Positions 47,901 to 58,170 of a stretch of 64,000 nucleotides of DNA are shown piece by piece. Below the pieces are notes generated by a model. The model saw only the letters and a program-made list of their open reading frames with translations. It was not told where the DNA came from and made no database searches. Where the stretch lies: contig OY762428.1 of assembly GCA_963665665.1 (NCBI GenBank), forward strand, positions 4,640,001-4,704,000, read 5' to 3'. The position numbers and the translations under genes were made by a program. Origin of the DNA: Candidatus Kapaibacterium sp. GTDB taxonomy: Bacteria > Bacteroidota > Ignavibacteria > Kapaibacteriales > UBA2268. Within the stretch, counting starts at the first letter, position 1. Each line of letters opens with the position of its first letter.

Positions 47901-48038
47901 AATGACCCTGATTCAAAAGTTTCGAAATTAACTAAAGCAAATTTGGGATACAAAGTGCTTGAAATATTGAACGTTAAGCCGAATGTGTCTTATACTGCAA
48001 AACTAAGAAACAGGGAAAACGGCGAAAACCGCCATTGA
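44958..48038 (+). CDS. actB: Alternative complex III subunit B (molybdopterin-oxidoreductase-like + Fe-S domains)
   Basis: Tat-lipoprotein signal SRRKFL...AVSC, EGRPIKIDGNP.HP, CIGCNNCVASC, CQHCDNAPC, CVGTRYCANNCPY, CTFC. Confidence 0.93.
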   Translation: MFYFIMTDMENSKSNDRRKYFWKSIREFEKNPDFAAKKEGEFPDSVKEEFNVQELSPLSRRKFLGLLSVSAAFAAVSCKDYRDKGAIVPYNKQPENITLGKPNFYASALADGTPVLIKTREGRPIKIDGNPEHPLNKGKISVRGHANILSLYDPERIQRPMKRSGDKLNPAKWDDIDNEIISMLQTTAGSGKEISIIYGKNTSPTFNNLLKQFSEKYPTTKIYTYDLFNDSNKKTAWHDLYGTDKYPLIDWSKADVILSIDGDFLGNEGNLEEQIREFTARRDFDKNLNFNRLYTVEGALSLTGANSDYRLRLSPVFYNEFLMALIHKCDLCNIDTKQFNFSGVRPLEEIVKSAGIKEEYINLLVNDLKNSKGKSIVYGGNHLPVDTHYLINILNELLGNKKLYRTDTRDVSYTEYSTIQDWKELVGKINSGKSGTVLILDKNPVYHLPNDIGLKAALEKASTVFMGLKENETSESAKYILPIHHALESWGDFKPRTGMVTLQQPVIEPLYDTRQKESMFLVWSGKAKYSNDIYHKYLMKNWEEKVYPTMNLLSSFRQFWNSALHDGFITYQTEPIEFIDPDLTTIPASKVYKEAGITVQLRNNYSIGDGTYADNGWLQELAHPISKSVWDNYAAIAPATAKKYDLENNDLIKVKVNGREINLPVLVQPGTAENLIVTELGYGRTKAGVIGTNVGFDASKIMTTDTGFNFLFTGAEIAKTGETYKVVSTQEHHALDDDFVKDFHKSRDIIQEGTVNEYQHNPEFLKEHKHKIISITPPHEYKDVKWGMAIDLNKCIGCNNCVASCNVENNIPVVSKDQVEKGREMHWMRIDRYYSGTPEDPETSIQPMLCQHCDNAPCENVCPVVATTHSPDGLNQMTYNRCVGTRYCANNCPYKVRRFNFFDFREHTGDGYYYQDSLKLLNNPEVTVRSRGVMEKCTFCVQRIMDAREIAKSTGKPLKGSDVKTACQEACPAEAIVFGDLNDPDSKVSKLTKANLGYKVLEILNVKPNVSYTAKLRNRENGENRH

Positions 48039-48086
48039 TTATTGATATAAAATGATTGAAATAGATCCACAAAAGGAGAGCATATA

Positions 48087-49469
48087 GTGAGTTTCGACTA
48101 CTCAAAAGAACCAACTGTTATCGAGGGCAGCCCTTCGTTGAAATCCATCGACGATGTGATTTCAAAACCAATGGAAAGCCTGCCTGATAAGAAGTATTAT
48201 CTTGCTCTTGCCCTTACCCTTACCATGCTTGGGATAGGAGTATTCAGCATCGGCTACTCTTTCTACTATGGTACGGGAGCATGGGGTAATAACAATCCTG
48301 TTGGCTGGGGTTTTCCTATTGTCAACTTCGTTTTCTGGGTTGGTATTGGCCATGCAGGTACTTTGATCTCCGCTATTCTTTTCCTATTCAGGCAAAGATG
48401 GAGGACAGGTATTGCGCGCTTTGCCGAGGGTATGACAATTTTTGCAGTTATGACGGCAGGAATTTTTCCGCTTATTCACGTCGGACGTCCCTGGCTTGCA
48501 CACTGGCTTCTGCCATATCCCAACCAGAATGACCTTTGGGTGAATTTCACATCTCCTCTGCTTTGGGATGTTTTTGCGGTATCAACATATTTTACTGTTT
48601 CTTTTGTATTCTGGTACGTTGGATTGATACCTGATTTTGCATCATTAAGAGACAGGACCAAAAATAAAGTCAAAAAAATTATTTATTCCATAACAAGCCT
48701 TGGCTGGAGACACTCGAACAGGCACTGGCAGCACTATGAAATGATGTACCTGATACTTGCAGGGTTTGCTACTCCTCTTGTGCTTTCGGTTCATACAATC
48801 GTTAGTTTTGACTTTGCCGTATCTATTCTACCCGGCTGGCACACGACTATATTTCCGCCATACTTTGTGGCAGGCGCTGTATTCTCGGGTTTTGCCATGG
48901 TACAGAACGTACTAATTTTTATAAGAAAAATTTTCAACATGGAGCATATCATCACACTTGATACACTCGAAAGAATGAATAAAATAATAATGGTTACCGG
49001 TATGATGGTCGGCTACGCTTATGCAATGGAATTCTTCATTGCCTGGTATAGCGGAAGCCAGCCGGAGCAGTTTGCATTTATAAACAGGGCATTCGGCCCT
49101 TATGCATGGGCTTACTGGATAATGGTAAGCTGCAACGTACTGTTCCCGCAATTGTTCTGGATTAAGAAACTTCGCAGAAAAATTCCGGTGATGTTTGTTG
49201 TTGCAGTTTTTGTAAACGTTGGTATGTGGTTCGAAAGATTCGTTATCACAGTAACTTCACTATCGAGAGACTTTCTGCCGTCAAGCTGGGCATATTTCAA
49301 ACCAACCCTTGTAGATGGCGGTATTTTGATTGGTAGTTTCGGGCTGTTCTTTACTTTATTACTTCTGTTTACCAAAACAATGCCTGTTGTTTCAATAGCA
49401 GAGGTAAAAGCTGTTATCGATGGCGCACAGCCGTCACATCACGGAGGAGGGCACGAAGATGAAAAATAA
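48087..49469 (+). CDS. actC: Alternative complex III subunit C (NrfD/PsrC family)
   Basis: [53 protein letters not shown]. Confidence 0.95.
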   Translation: MSFDYSKEPTVIEGSPSLKSIDDVISKPMESLPDKKYYLALALTLTMLGIGVFSIGYSFYYGTGAWGNNNPVGWGFPIVNFVFWVGIGHAGTLISAILFLFRQRWRTGIARFAEGMTIFAVMTAGIFPLIHVGRPWLAHWLLPYPNQNDLWVNFTSPLLWDVFAVSTYFTVSFVFWYVGLIPDFASLRDRTKNKVKKIIYSITSLGWRHSNRHWQHYEMMYLILAGFATPLVLSVHTIVSFDFAVSILPGWHTTIFPPYFVAGAVFSGFAMVQNVLIFIRKIFNMEHIITLDTLERMNKIIMVTGMMVGYAYAMEFFIAWYSGSQPEQFAFINRAFGPYAWAYWIMVSCNVLFPQLFWIKKLRRKIPVMFVVAVFVNVGMWFERFVITVTSLSRDFLPSSWAYFKPTLVDGGILIGSFGLFFTLLLLFTKTMPVVSIAEVKAVIDGAQPSHHGGGHEDEK

Positions 49470-50598
49470 AATTGTATACGGTGTAACGGGTATTCTGAAT
49501 ACTCCTGATGAAATCATGGCAGCCGCGAAGAAAATAACCACCAGTGGATATACAAGATTTGATATAAATACTCCTTATCCTATTCACGGGATGCCCCAGG
49601 CAATGAAACTTAAATCTTCTCCCCTGGGTTATTTTGCGCTCGCTCTTGGTTTATCCGGCGCTGTGCTGGCTCTGCTATTCATGACATGGACAATGACAAT
49701 TAATTATCCTCTTATTATTGGGGGCAAGCCATTCTTTTCTTTACCGGCATTTATACCTGTAACTTTTGAAGTAACTGTACTTTTGGCTTCTGTTGCAACA
49801 GTGGTATCTATGGTATTCCTGTTATTCAGGCTGCCAAACAATAGTCATCCGCTTCATGATACAAACTACATAAAGCTATGTTCTTCTGATAAATACGGCG
49901 TTTGCCTGGAAGCAAAAGACCCCAAATTCAATCAGGAAGAGGCGGTTGATTTTCTGAAAGAAATGGGAGCGGATAATATTGAGATCGTTTATTATGATAA
50001 CGATGAAATAACTTTCGGTTCAAATATTTTCAATCCGAAATTTATCGGTTTTTTAGTTGTCGTTGCTGTTATGGTTTCCGGCGCTGCTTATTTCGGCCTG
50101 AATAAATTGAGTTTTATGAATCCGTTTAACTGGATGATGGATCAGTTCAGGTATGATGTACAAAGCAGCTCCGAGTTTTTCGAAGACGGCCGGAGCATGA
50201 GAATGCCGGTGGGGGGAACTATTTCCAGGGGACATTTGCCATACATGTATGCAGATAGCGCCCTGCTTGCCGAAGCCGAACTGGTGAATCCGCTTACAGC
50301 TGACAAGAAAAATCTTGAAACAGGTAAGAAGAAATATGATACCTATTGCAGTCCCTGTCACGGGAATTTCGGTGATGGCGACAGCAGGCTTAGGGGGCAG
50401 TTTCCCAATCCGCCAAGCCTCCATTCGGAAAAGGCAAGGAACTGGAAAGACGGTATGTATTATCATATAATAACAATGGGACAGAATTCAATGCCTTCTT
50501 ATGCGAGACAGTTAAATGAAACCGAAAGGTGGCAGGTTATCCACTATGTCAGAGCTCTTCAAAGAGCTAAAAATGCTACCGGGGAGGATATGAAATGA
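49459..50598 (+). CDS. actDE: Fused ACIII ActD (DUF3341) - ActE monoheme cytochrome c
   Basis: [23 protein letters not shown] (ActD), then TM, M..Q, FF.DGRSMR.PV.GT..RG and CSPCH (ActE). Start placed at MKNKIV. Confidence 0.88.
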   Translation: MKNKIVYGVTGILNTPDEIMAAAKKITTSGYTRFDINTPYPIHGMPQAMKLKSSPLGYFALALGLSGAVLALLFMTWTMTINYPLIIGGKPFFSLPAFIPVTFEVTVLLASVATVVSMVFLLFRLPNNSHPLHDTNYIKLCSSDKYGVCLEAKDPKFNQEEAVDFLKEMGADNIEIVYYDNDEITFGSNIFNPKFIGFLVVVAVMVSGAAYFGLNKLSFMNPFNWMMDQFRYDVQSSSEFFEDGRSMRMPVGGTISRGHLPYMYADSALLAEAELVNPLTADKKNLETGKKKYDTYCSPCHGNFGDGDSRLRGQFPNPPSLHSEKARNWKDGMYYHIITMGQNSMPSYARQLNETERWQVIHYVRALQRAKNATGEDMK

Positions 50599-51776
50599 GT
50601 GATTATAAACTGAATTATGTAAAAAAAGAATTACCGCGCTCTCTTGGGCGGGCTGCAATAGCTATTATGTCTCTCGGAGCTTTGCTGGTGATTCTGGCAT
50701 TTGTAATTGATCCGTCAAGGGCTTCTTTCAATAGTATAATAAACTTCATGTTCGTCCTGAGTATCGGGCTGGGAACATTATTCCTCACGGGCCTGGAATA
50801 TATAGTTGGTGCTGTTTGGAGCGTTCCTTTCAGGAGAATATCAGAGATATTAGCGGCAACTTTGTTTTTTGTGCCGGTACTAGCAATTCCGGTTTTATTA
50901 AATATGCACGGAGTATTTCACTGGACACATCATGAAGCAGTTGAAGCCGATGCGATATTAAGCGGAAAAGCTCCATACTTAAATGAAACTTTCTTCCTGA
51001 TAAGGTTCATTGTGATATTCATTGTTATATGGTTGTTCTATAAAATTATAACCGGCCGTTCGCAAAAGCAGGATCTTTCAGGAGATCAGAATTTGACAAG
51101 AAAGAATATCAGAACGTCCGCTGCAATGATGCCTGTTTTTGGTATTTCTATTACCATTCTGGCTGTTGACTGGCTAATGAGCCTTGAACCGCACTGGTTC
51201 TCAACAATATTCGGCGTTTATTATTTTGCAGGTACAGTGCTTGCAGCCCTGTCTGCTCTTTCCTTGTTTGTGATAAATCTTGACAAAAAGGGATATCTTT
51301 CAGGTATCACAAAAGATCATTATTACAACCTCGGGGCGCTGATGTTTGCCTTTACAAACTTCTGGGCATATATTGCTTTCAGTCAGTTCCTGCTGATATG
51401 GTATGCGAACATTCCTGAGGAAACTTTCTGGTTCATACACAGGGGCGAAGGTTCCTGGCTTTGGCTTTCTATTGGAATGATAGTGATTCATTTCGTAGTT
51501 CCTTATGCCTTATTGCTTTCACAGCCGGCAAAATCGAATATTAAAATGATAAAATTTACTGCAATATGGCTGCTTTTTGCTCATTTATATGATCTGTACT
51601 GGCTTGTTATGCCTAACTTCAGCAAAGACGGGGCAGTATTCGGATGGATAGAAATAGTATTCCCGATATTTTCTGTCGGCCTGGTACTTACTGTATTCTA
51701 CTTCGCTGCGAAGAAAAAGAATTTAATGGCTGTTGGTGATCCTAAAATGCAGCGAGCCATGGAATTTCATTTATAA
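50595..51776 (+). CDS. actF: Alternative complex III subunit F
   Basis: K.PYLN..FF, DWLMSLEPHWFSTIFG, WAY..FSQFLLIWYANIPEE. Confidence 0.95.
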   Translation: MSDYKLNYVKKELPRSLGRAAIAIMSLGALLVILAFVIDPSRASFNSIINFMFVLSIGLGTLFLTGLEYIVGAVWSVPFRRISEILAATLFFVPVLAIPVLLNMHGVFHWTHHEAVEADAILSGKAPYLNETFFLIRFIVIFIVIWLFYKIITGRSQKQDLSGDQNLTRKNIRTSAAMMPVFGISITILAVDWLMSLEPHWFSTIFGVYYFAGTVLAALSALSLFVINLDKKGYLSGITKDHYYNLGALMFAFTNFWAYIAFSQFLLIWYANIPEETFWFIHRGEGSWLWLSIGMIVIHFVVPYALLLSQPAKSNIKMIKFTAIWLLFAHLYDLYWLVMPNFSKDGAVFGWIEIVFPIFSVGLVLTVFYFAAKKKNLMAVGDPKMQRAMEFHL

Positions 51777-51803
51777 TTAAAGAAATTAATTCCGGTATCA
51801 AAC

Positions 51804-52760
51804 ATGGATAATAAAAAAATAAATATTGAAGAAGAAATTGATTTCAAGGCTGTAGCCAAAACTCCCATCAGATGGTTTGGGTTGATCTATCCTTTCTTTT
51901 TCGGGGTAATCATTCTTCTGGGATTATTCTATATAGATAATCTCAGAACTCTTGAGGACAATGATGTTCCGGCAATGATAGAACCTAAATGGGATAGCGA
52001 GCTGAAAACAAAGAAGGGCAGCATACAGGCTGGTGTTGTGGTCTCTGATATTTCCAAACCGGATGATGAACTTATTGCTATTGGAAAAGACCTTTATACT
52101 GCTAATTGTGCGTCATGCCACGGCGAAGAAGGCAAAGGCGACGGGGCAGCAGGCGAAGCCATGAATCCCCAACCAAGAGATTTTACTAATCCTGACAATT
52201 GGGTTAACGGCCGGAAAATTGCTGAACTATACAAAACTCTTGAAGAAGGAATTGTGGAAAATGGCATGGCTGCTTATGAATATCTGCCGGTTGCCGACAG
52301 GTTCGCGATCATCCATTACGTAAGAACCTTTGCAGAAGATTTCCCGGTTGATACTGATGAAGAACTGCAGGCCCTTGATATGGCCTATTCCCTTTCCGAA
52401 GGCAAGATAACTGCAAATCAGATTCCGGTTTCGAAAGCTATGACTATCCTTGAAATGGAAAATCAGGAATTTGATATAAAAGTTGCTGCAGTAAAAAATT
52501 TCATTATCAATTCAGCAGCAGAAATTGATCTGTCCAGCCATATTTCCTGTATCAACAAAGCTTCTGCAACATTGTTGCGCATAAATTTTAATCAGGATGC
52601 CGGATCATTCGCCAGGGCTGTTATAAACGGCGCTCCAGTAAATGGTTTTAAACCGTCCATATCTACATTAAGCGCTGAAGAATGGTATAATATTAAAAAT
52701 CATCTGACAACTGCATTGAAAAATAATGTTTCGACTAATAGTGATTCAAACAAAGGGTAA
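51804..52760 (+). CDS. Membrane-anchored monoheme cytochrome c
   Basis: One TM, CASCHG..GKGDG...P.PRDF...GM; uncharacterised C-terminal extension. Confidence 0.85.
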   Translation: MDNKKINIEEEIDFKAVAKTPIRWFGLIYPFFFGVIILLGLFYIDNLRTLEDNDVPAMIEPKWDSELKTKKGSIQAGVVVSDISKPDDELIAIGKDLYTANCASCHGEEGKGDGAAGEAMNPQPRDFTNPDNWVNGRKIAELYKTLEEGIVENGMAAYEYLPVADRFAIIHYVRTFAEDFPVDTDEELQALDMAYSLSEGKITANQIPVSKAMTILEMENQEFDIKVAAVKNFIINSAAEIDLSSHISCINKASATLLRINFNQDAGSFARAVINGAPVNGFKPSISTLSAEEWYNIKNHLTTALKNNVSTNSDSNKG

Positions 52761-52762
52761 TA

Positions 52763-53545
52763 ATGAAGAAATTTCTGATATATATAATAATTCTGGTTTC
52801 TTTCTTTCAATTGGAGTGCTTCTCAGAAGAAAAACCGCCGGAAGTTGGTATTGTTGAAAAGCTTGATACAACTATCTCCATGGATCTTGTTTTTACAGAT
52901 TCGGACGGGAAAGAAAAAACTTTGAAAGAAATTATCGACAAACCAACAATACTTGCTCTCGTGTATTACAGATGTCCCGGTATTTGCAGTCCACTTCTTA
53001 CAGAGATGGGTGACATAACCGACAAAGTTGATCTTGAACTTGGAAAAGATTTCCAGAATCTGAGTATATCTTTCGATGCAAGAGAAGGAACTGACCTTGC
53101 GTTAAAATGGAAGAAGGAATATCACTCTGCTATGAAAAACCACAAAATGACTGATGATAACTGGCGATTCATGACAGGCGACAGCTCTAATATAAAAAAA
53201 CTGACAGATGCTGTAGGTTTCTATTTCAAGCCGGACGGCAAAGGAGATTTCATACACGCGGGAGCGCTTATAGTACTGGATAAAAATGGCAAAGTAATAC
53301 GTTATCTTCTTGGCACACAATTCCTGCCATTCGATTTTAAAATGTCAGTTATTGAAGCAAGTAAGGGGCATTCTGTTCCGACAGTTTCAAAAATGCTGGA
53401 ATACTGTTTCAGCTACGATCCTGAAGGTAATACTTATGTATTCAATTTTACAAAAGTAGTTGGAACTTTTATTTTTCTCGGCATAGGAATATTCTTTATA
53501 GTACTCGTTATAAAAGGAAGAAAAAAAACTGAGGAAAGGTCATAA
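52763..53545 (+). CDS. SCO family copper chaperone
   Basis: YYRCPGIC (CxxxC) and FIHAG; C-terminal TM. Confidence 0.9.
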   Translation: MKKFLIYIIILVSFFQLECFSEEKPPEVGIVEKLDTTISMDLVFTDSDGKEKTLKEIIDKPTILALVYYRCPGICSPLLTEMGDITDKVDLELGKDFQNLSISFDAREGTDLALKWKKEYHSAMKNHKMTDDNWRFMTGDSSNIKKLTDAVGFYFKPDGKGDFIHAGALIVLDKNGKVIRYLLGTQFLPFDFKMSVIEASKGHSVPTVSKMLEYCFSYDPEGNTYVFNFTKVVGTFIFLGIGIFFIVLVIKGRKKTEERS

Positions 53546-53547
53546 TC

Positions 53548-55179
53548 ATGGCAGAAGCCGTAAATGAAAAAAAATATACAAATTTTCTTGAATATAAAGG
53601 CCGTTTCAAGGGGATTTTTGGTTGGATATTTTCCACTGACCATAAGAGAGTTGGAATTCTATACTTATGGTCGATCCTGATTTTCTTCCTTGGAGGCGTT
53701 CTGCTTGGATTCCTTATGAGACTTGAAATGCTCTCTCAGGGCCCGACAATAATGGATGCTCAGACCTATAATGCACTCTTTACTTTGCACGGGATAATAA
53801 TGATTTTTCTTGTTATTGTTCCGGGTATTCCGGCAGCATTCGGAAATTTTTTCCTTCCGCTACAAATTGGAGCTGAGGATGTTTCATTTCCAAGATTAAA
53901 TATACTTTCATGGTGGCTTTATACTATTGGCGGGCTGTTCGCACTGTTATCATTATTCCTGTCCGGAGGTCCTATCGATACCGGCTGGACTTTCTACGTC
54001 CCATATTCAATTAGAACAACTACAGAAGTTATTTTGCCCCTGACTGCCGCTTTTATATTAGGATTCTCATCCATACTTACCGGGCTGAATTTTGTTACCA
54101 CAGTCCACAGGCTTCGAGCCAAAGGTATGGGATTCTTCAAAATGCCATTATTTGTTTGGTCATTGTATTCAACAGCATGGATTCAGATAATTGCAACTCC
54201 GGTTGTTGGTATGACAATAATACTTGTTATTCTGGAAAGAACTTTCCAGGTGGGTATATTTGATCCCGCATTGGGTGGCGATCCATTATTATTCCAGCAT
54301 CTGTTCTGGATTTATTCTCACCCGGCTGTTTATATCATGATCCTTCCTGCCATGGGAGTAGTTTCAGAAATTATCCCGACATTTGCCCGGCGAACAATTT
54401 TCGGATATAAAGCGATTGCTTTTTCGAGCCTCGCTATTGCCTTTGTTGGTTACCTTGTTTGGGGACACCACATGTTTACCAGCGGTATCAGTGATGAGGC
54501 AAGGTGGATTTTCTCTTTTATGACTTTCATTGTTGCCATACCCAGCGGGGTTAAAGTATTCAACTGGGTTGCAACCCTATACAAAGGCTCAATAGAGCCG
54601 GGGGTGCCGTTACTATATGTTATGGCATTCATTTTCCTTTTCTCAATAGGAGGTCTAACCGGCCTTGTCCTCGGTTCCTTATCAACGGATATTCACCTTC
54701 ACGATACATATTTCGTGCCGGCACATTTCCATTACGTTATGTTTGGCGGCACGGTTTTCATATTTTTTGCAGCCATGCACTATTGGTTCCCCAAAATGTA
54801 CGGCAGGATGTATAATGAAAAAGTTGCAAAAATTGCTCTGGCAATTATGTTTGGCGGATTCAATATGCTTTACTTCCCGTTCTTCCTGCTGGGATATTTC
54901 GGTATGCCCCGCAGATATTTCGATTATCTTCCCGAATTCGGTACGCTTCACCATTTGTCAACCGTAGGTTCATGGGTTCTGATACTCGGATTGATAATCA
55001 TGATTGTAAATCTGATAAAAGGCTTAAGAAGCGGGGAGAAGGCAGGCAGAAATCCCTGGGGCGGTATGACACTGGAATGGACAGTTCCATCGCCGCCGCC
55101 TCACGAGAATTTCTTTGAACCGCCAGTTGTGAAGCATGGCCCTTATGATTATGAATTTTTCAGGGAGGAAGAAGATTGA
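53548..55179 (+). CDS. ctaD: Heme-copper oxidase subunit I, A2 type
   Basis: DHKRVG, LHG, GWTFY.P, YSHPAVY (A2 YS motif), WGHHMF, HFHY, GMPRR. Confidence 0.96.
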   Translation: MAEAVNEKKYTNFLEYKGRFKGIFGWIFSTDHKRVGILYLWSILIFFLGGVLLGFLMRLEMLSQGPTIMDAQTYNALFTLHGIIMIFLVIVPGIPAAFGNFFLPLQIGAEDVSFPRLNILSWWLYTIGGLFALLSLFLSGGPIDTGWTFYVPYSIRTTTEVILPLTAAFILGFSSILTGLNFVTTVHRLRAKGMGFFKMPLFVWSLYSTAWIQIIATPVVGMTIILVILERTFQVGIFDPALGGDPLLFQHLFWIYSHPAVYIMILPAMGVVSEIIPTFARRTIFGYKAIAFSSLAIAFVGYLVWGHHMFTSGISDEARWIFSFMTFIVAIPSGVKVFNWVATLYKGSIEPGVPLLYVMAFIFLFSIGGLTGLVLGSLSTDIHLHDTYFVPAHFHYVMFGGTVFIFFAAMHYWFPKMYGRMYNEKVAKIALAIMFGGFNMLYFPFFLLGYFGMPRRYFDYLPEFGTLHHLSTVGSWVLILGLIIMIVNLIKGLRSGEKAGRNPWGGMTLEWTVPSPPPHENFFEPPVVKHGPYDYEFFREEED

Positions 55180-55802
55180 GCCAGTCAGAACATTCACAAA
55201 GTGTGGGGCACGCCCACAGAGATGATTTCGGCGCAAAAATGGGTATGTGGTTATTCCTCTTTACCGAATTGCTTTTATTTGGAGGTATGTTCATTCTTTA
55301 TATGGCATACAGAATGGAATTCTCCGATGCATTTCATATTGCAGCCAAGGAGCTTAGTGTTGGCGTGGGTACGCTGAATACTATAATACTTCTCACGAGC
55401 AGTCTGACAATGGCTCTTGCTATTGCAGCCCTTCAAAGGGGCCGGAAGGCTCTCTCGCTGATGTTTCTTTCCTCGACAATTGTATTTGCCCTGCTATTCA
55501 TGGTAAATAAATATTTCGAATGGTCAGCAAAGATACATCATGGAATATTTCCGGGATCCGAAGAATTAGCTAACAGGCCGGACGGGGAGATTATGTTCTT
55601 CGGCCTCTATTATGTAATGACGGGCCTTCATGGATTGCACGTCATAATTGGTATCACAATAATTGTATTTATGATGGTATTTATTATCAGGGGATCGATC
55701 AACCGTGATAAAAATGTAATGCTTGAAAATGCCGGACTTTACTGGCATCTGGTTGATCTTATCTGGATATTTCTGTTTCCCCTGTTTTATCTCATTCAAT
55801 AA
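55176..55802 (+). CDS. ctaE: Cytochrome c oxidase subunit III
   Basis: GMWLFLFTE..LFG, TGLHGLHV, GLYWHLVDLIW. Confidence 0.93.
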   Translation: MSQSEHSQSVGHAHRDDFGAKMGMWLFLFTELLLFGGMFILYMAYRMEFSDAFHIAAKELSVGVGTLNTIILLTSSLTMALAIAALQRGRKALSLMFLSSTIVFALLFMVNKYFEWSAKIHHGIFPGSEELANRPDGEIMFFGLYYVMTGLHGLHVIIGITIIVFMMVFIIRGSINRDKNVMLENAGLYWHLVDLIWIFLFPLFYLIQ

Positions 55803-55834
55803 GAAATTATCTCATACAGTAGGAAATTATTGCT

Positions 55835-56131
55835 ATGTCGCAAGAAAACAGCAAACATGATCATTCAATCGGATACGGCGCTTATGTGCTGGTATGGCTC
55901 AGTTTGTTATCACTAACAGTAATTACTGTTGCAGTAGCAGGAATTGACCTTGGAGGATATATCCTGCCTGTTGCATTATTTGTTGCAGCAGTGAAGTCTT
56001 TCCTGGTGATAAACGTGTTCATGCATATAAAATTCGATGAATTGATCTTTAAAGTTTTTATCGGGGTGACTCTGTTAATATTGGTTGCCGTTTTTGCATT
56101 AACTGCATTCGACCTGGCTACCAGGTTATAG
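55835..56131 (+). CDS. ctaF: Cytochrome c oxidase subunit IV
   Basis: L..LT.ITV...K..LV...FMH motif, 3 TMs. Confidence 0.88.
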   Translation: MSQENSKHDHSIGYGAYVLVWLSLLSLTVITVAVAGIDLGGYILPVALFVAAVKSFLVINVFMHIKFDELIFKVFIGVTLLILVAVFALTAFDLATRL

Positions 56132-56163
56132 CATTTTTAATGATTAAATAATAGGTATGTGAA

Positions 56164-57159
56164 ATGTTATTATCCGGCGCTACAAATTATGCAGAATCTG
56201 TTGACAACTATATGATAGTTGTTGTAATTGCTTTTGTAATTATCCTTTTTGGGGTTACAGCTGCGATGATTTATTTTGTTGTTAAATATAACCGAAAAAA
56301 ACACCCCAAGGCTAAACAGATAGAAGGTCATATCGGGCTTGAAATATTATGGATTGGGATTCCTACTATACTGGTTCTTATTATGTTCTGGTATGGCTAC
56401 GAGGGGTATAATAATTTACGTCAGGATGCTACGGCTGCTATGACAGTAAATGTTACTGGAAGAATGTGGGAATGGTCGTTCAAATACGAGAATGATAAGA
56501 AAACTGATACTCTTTATGTACCTGTGAACAGAACAACCAAACTGGAGATGATTTCCGCAGATGTTAACCACAGTTTATATATACCTGCATTCAGGCTCAA
56601 GGAAGATGTTATCGGCAGTCGTACAACATATATGATACTTAAACCTAAGGAAGTTGGCGCTTATGACATAGCTTGTGCCGAGTATTGCGGTGTTAATCAT
56701 GCTTATATGTACACCAAACTGGTTGTGCTGCCCGAAGATGTTTTTGACTCATGGCTTGAAAGCGATGCTGTTTCTGCCGCTATTCCTGATGAAATAATGG
56801 ATAAAAAATCCAAAGATATTTTCGAAAATGATGAAAGCTCTATTGAAGAAATAAATGAAGCTGATGCTCTGGCTTTGTTAAAGGAAAAAGGCTGCATTAC
56901 CTGCCACAGTACAGACGGATCACAGAAAATCGGCCCTTCATTTAAAAATCTTGAGAGCGGAAAAGTTGTTGTTATTGCCGAAGAAGAAGAAAAAGAAATC
57001 ACTATTGACGAAGATTACCTGAGAAGAGCAATCATGGATCCTAATGCTGATATTGTTAAAGGCTATACTAAATATATGATGCCTGATAACAAAGGAAAGA
57101 TAAGCGATGAAGAATTGGAACTTATGGTTAAATACCTGAAAAGTATTGTAAATAATTGA
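56164..57159 (+). CDS. ctaC: Cytochrome c oxidase subunit II with fused cytochrome c
   Basis: LEILW..IP, CuA ligands H...CAEYCGVNHAYM, C-terminal CITCH. Confidence 0.94.
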   Translation: MLLSGATNYAESVDNYMIVVVIAFVIILFGVTAAMIYFVVKYNRKKHPKAKQIEGHIGLEILWIGIPTILVLIMFWYGYEGYNNLRQDATAAMTVNVTGRMWEWSFKYENDKKTDTLYVPVNRTTKLEMISADVNHSLYIPAFRLKEDVIGSRTTYMILKPKEVGAYDIACAEYCGVNHAYMYTKLVVLPEDVFDSWLESDAVSAAIPDEIMDKKSKDIFENDESSIEEINEADALALLKEKGCITCHSTDGSQKIGPSFKNLESGKVVVIAEEEEKEITIDEDYLRRAIMDPNADIVKGYTKYMMPDNKGKISDEELELMVKYLKSIVNN

Positions 57160-57252
57160 CTTTCTGAAGGCATTAAACTTGATTTGTCAGTTGTAATACA
57201 CCAATAGAGTATCAGATAAGTTTGTAAATCTAAATATTAATTAATAAAATAA

Positions 57253-58119
57253 ATGAAAAGTAAATTATTAAATAATCTGAGTGAATTAGGGAAAGTAAGA
57301 ATTGTTTTCTTTGTTGCCTTATCAACTTCTGTTGGCTACGTATTGGCAAAGGGAAGCGCTGCATGGGATATGATCTATCCTGTTTTGGGTGTGTTTCTAC
57401 TTTCCTACGGTTCATCGGCTATAAATGAGATTCAGGAGTGGCGCAAAGACGCACTAATGAAAAGAACAATGAACAGGCCTGTACCATCAGGCTCGATGAG
57501 CCTTTTGAGTGCCCTTATTATTGCTTTTGCTACAGTAATTTCCGGTAGTTTTATTCTCTATTACTTTGTGGGCCTGCAGGCTTTTATTCTCGGTCTGGCC
57601 GCGCTGATTTGGTATAATGCTATTTATACACCACTTAAAACTGTTACATCTCTTGCTGTTGTGCCGGGTGCAGTTGTCGGCGCATTGCCTCCGGTAATCG
57701 GCTGGGTTGGCGGAGGTGGACATTTTCTTGATCCCCAGGCATTATCTCTTAGCTTATTTTTCTTCATCTGGCAGGTTCCTCATTTCTGGCTTTTAATGCT
57801 AATTTTTGAAGATGATTACAGAAATGCCGGATTCCCTGTTCTGACAGATAAATTCAGTAAATCCCAGATAACCAGGATGACTTATGCATGGATTATCGCA
57901 CTTGTTGTAAGTTGTTTGCTGATACCCTCACTTTCGACTGTTTCATCAGGTTTAATAACAGACGGCATACTTCTTCTTTCGGGTATTTGGCTGATATACA
58001 GGACACGTTTGCTTTGGAAACAATACCAACCTGATAATAATTATCGGGCTGCTTTCATGCAGGTGAATTTTTATGTACTGGGAGTTTCGATACTTCTCGC
58101 TTTTGACAAATTATTTTAA
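57253..58119 (+). CDS. ctaB: Protoheme IX farnesyltransferase (heme o synthase)
   Basis: D..MKRT.NRP.PSG, YT.LK, GALPPVIGW, WQVPHFW, DY..AG.P. Confidence 0.93.
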   Translation: MKSKLLNNLSELGKVRIVFFVALSTSVGYVLAKGSAAWDMIYPVLGVFLLSYGSSAINEIQEWRKDALMKRTMNRPVPSGSMSLLSALIIAFATVISGSFILYYFVGLQAFILGLAALIWYNAIYTPLKTVTSLAVVPGAVVGALPPVIGWVGGGGHFLDPQALSLSLFFFIWQVPHFWLLMLIFEDDYRNAGFPVLTDKFSKSQITRMTYAWIIALVVSCLLIPSLSTVSSGLITDGILLLSGIWLIYRTRLLWKQYQPDNNYRAAFMQVNFYVLGVSILLAFDKLF

Positions 58120-58170
58120 TCTTGTATTAAATAGGTAAAATGATCAATAGTAGTGAAAATATTATGAGAA

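Noticed and set aside
44958-48038. Catalytic molybdoenzyme (anaerobic reductase)
   Set aside because: Context and B1-B2 fusion identify ActB, whose molybdopterin-like domain is known to be cofactor-free.
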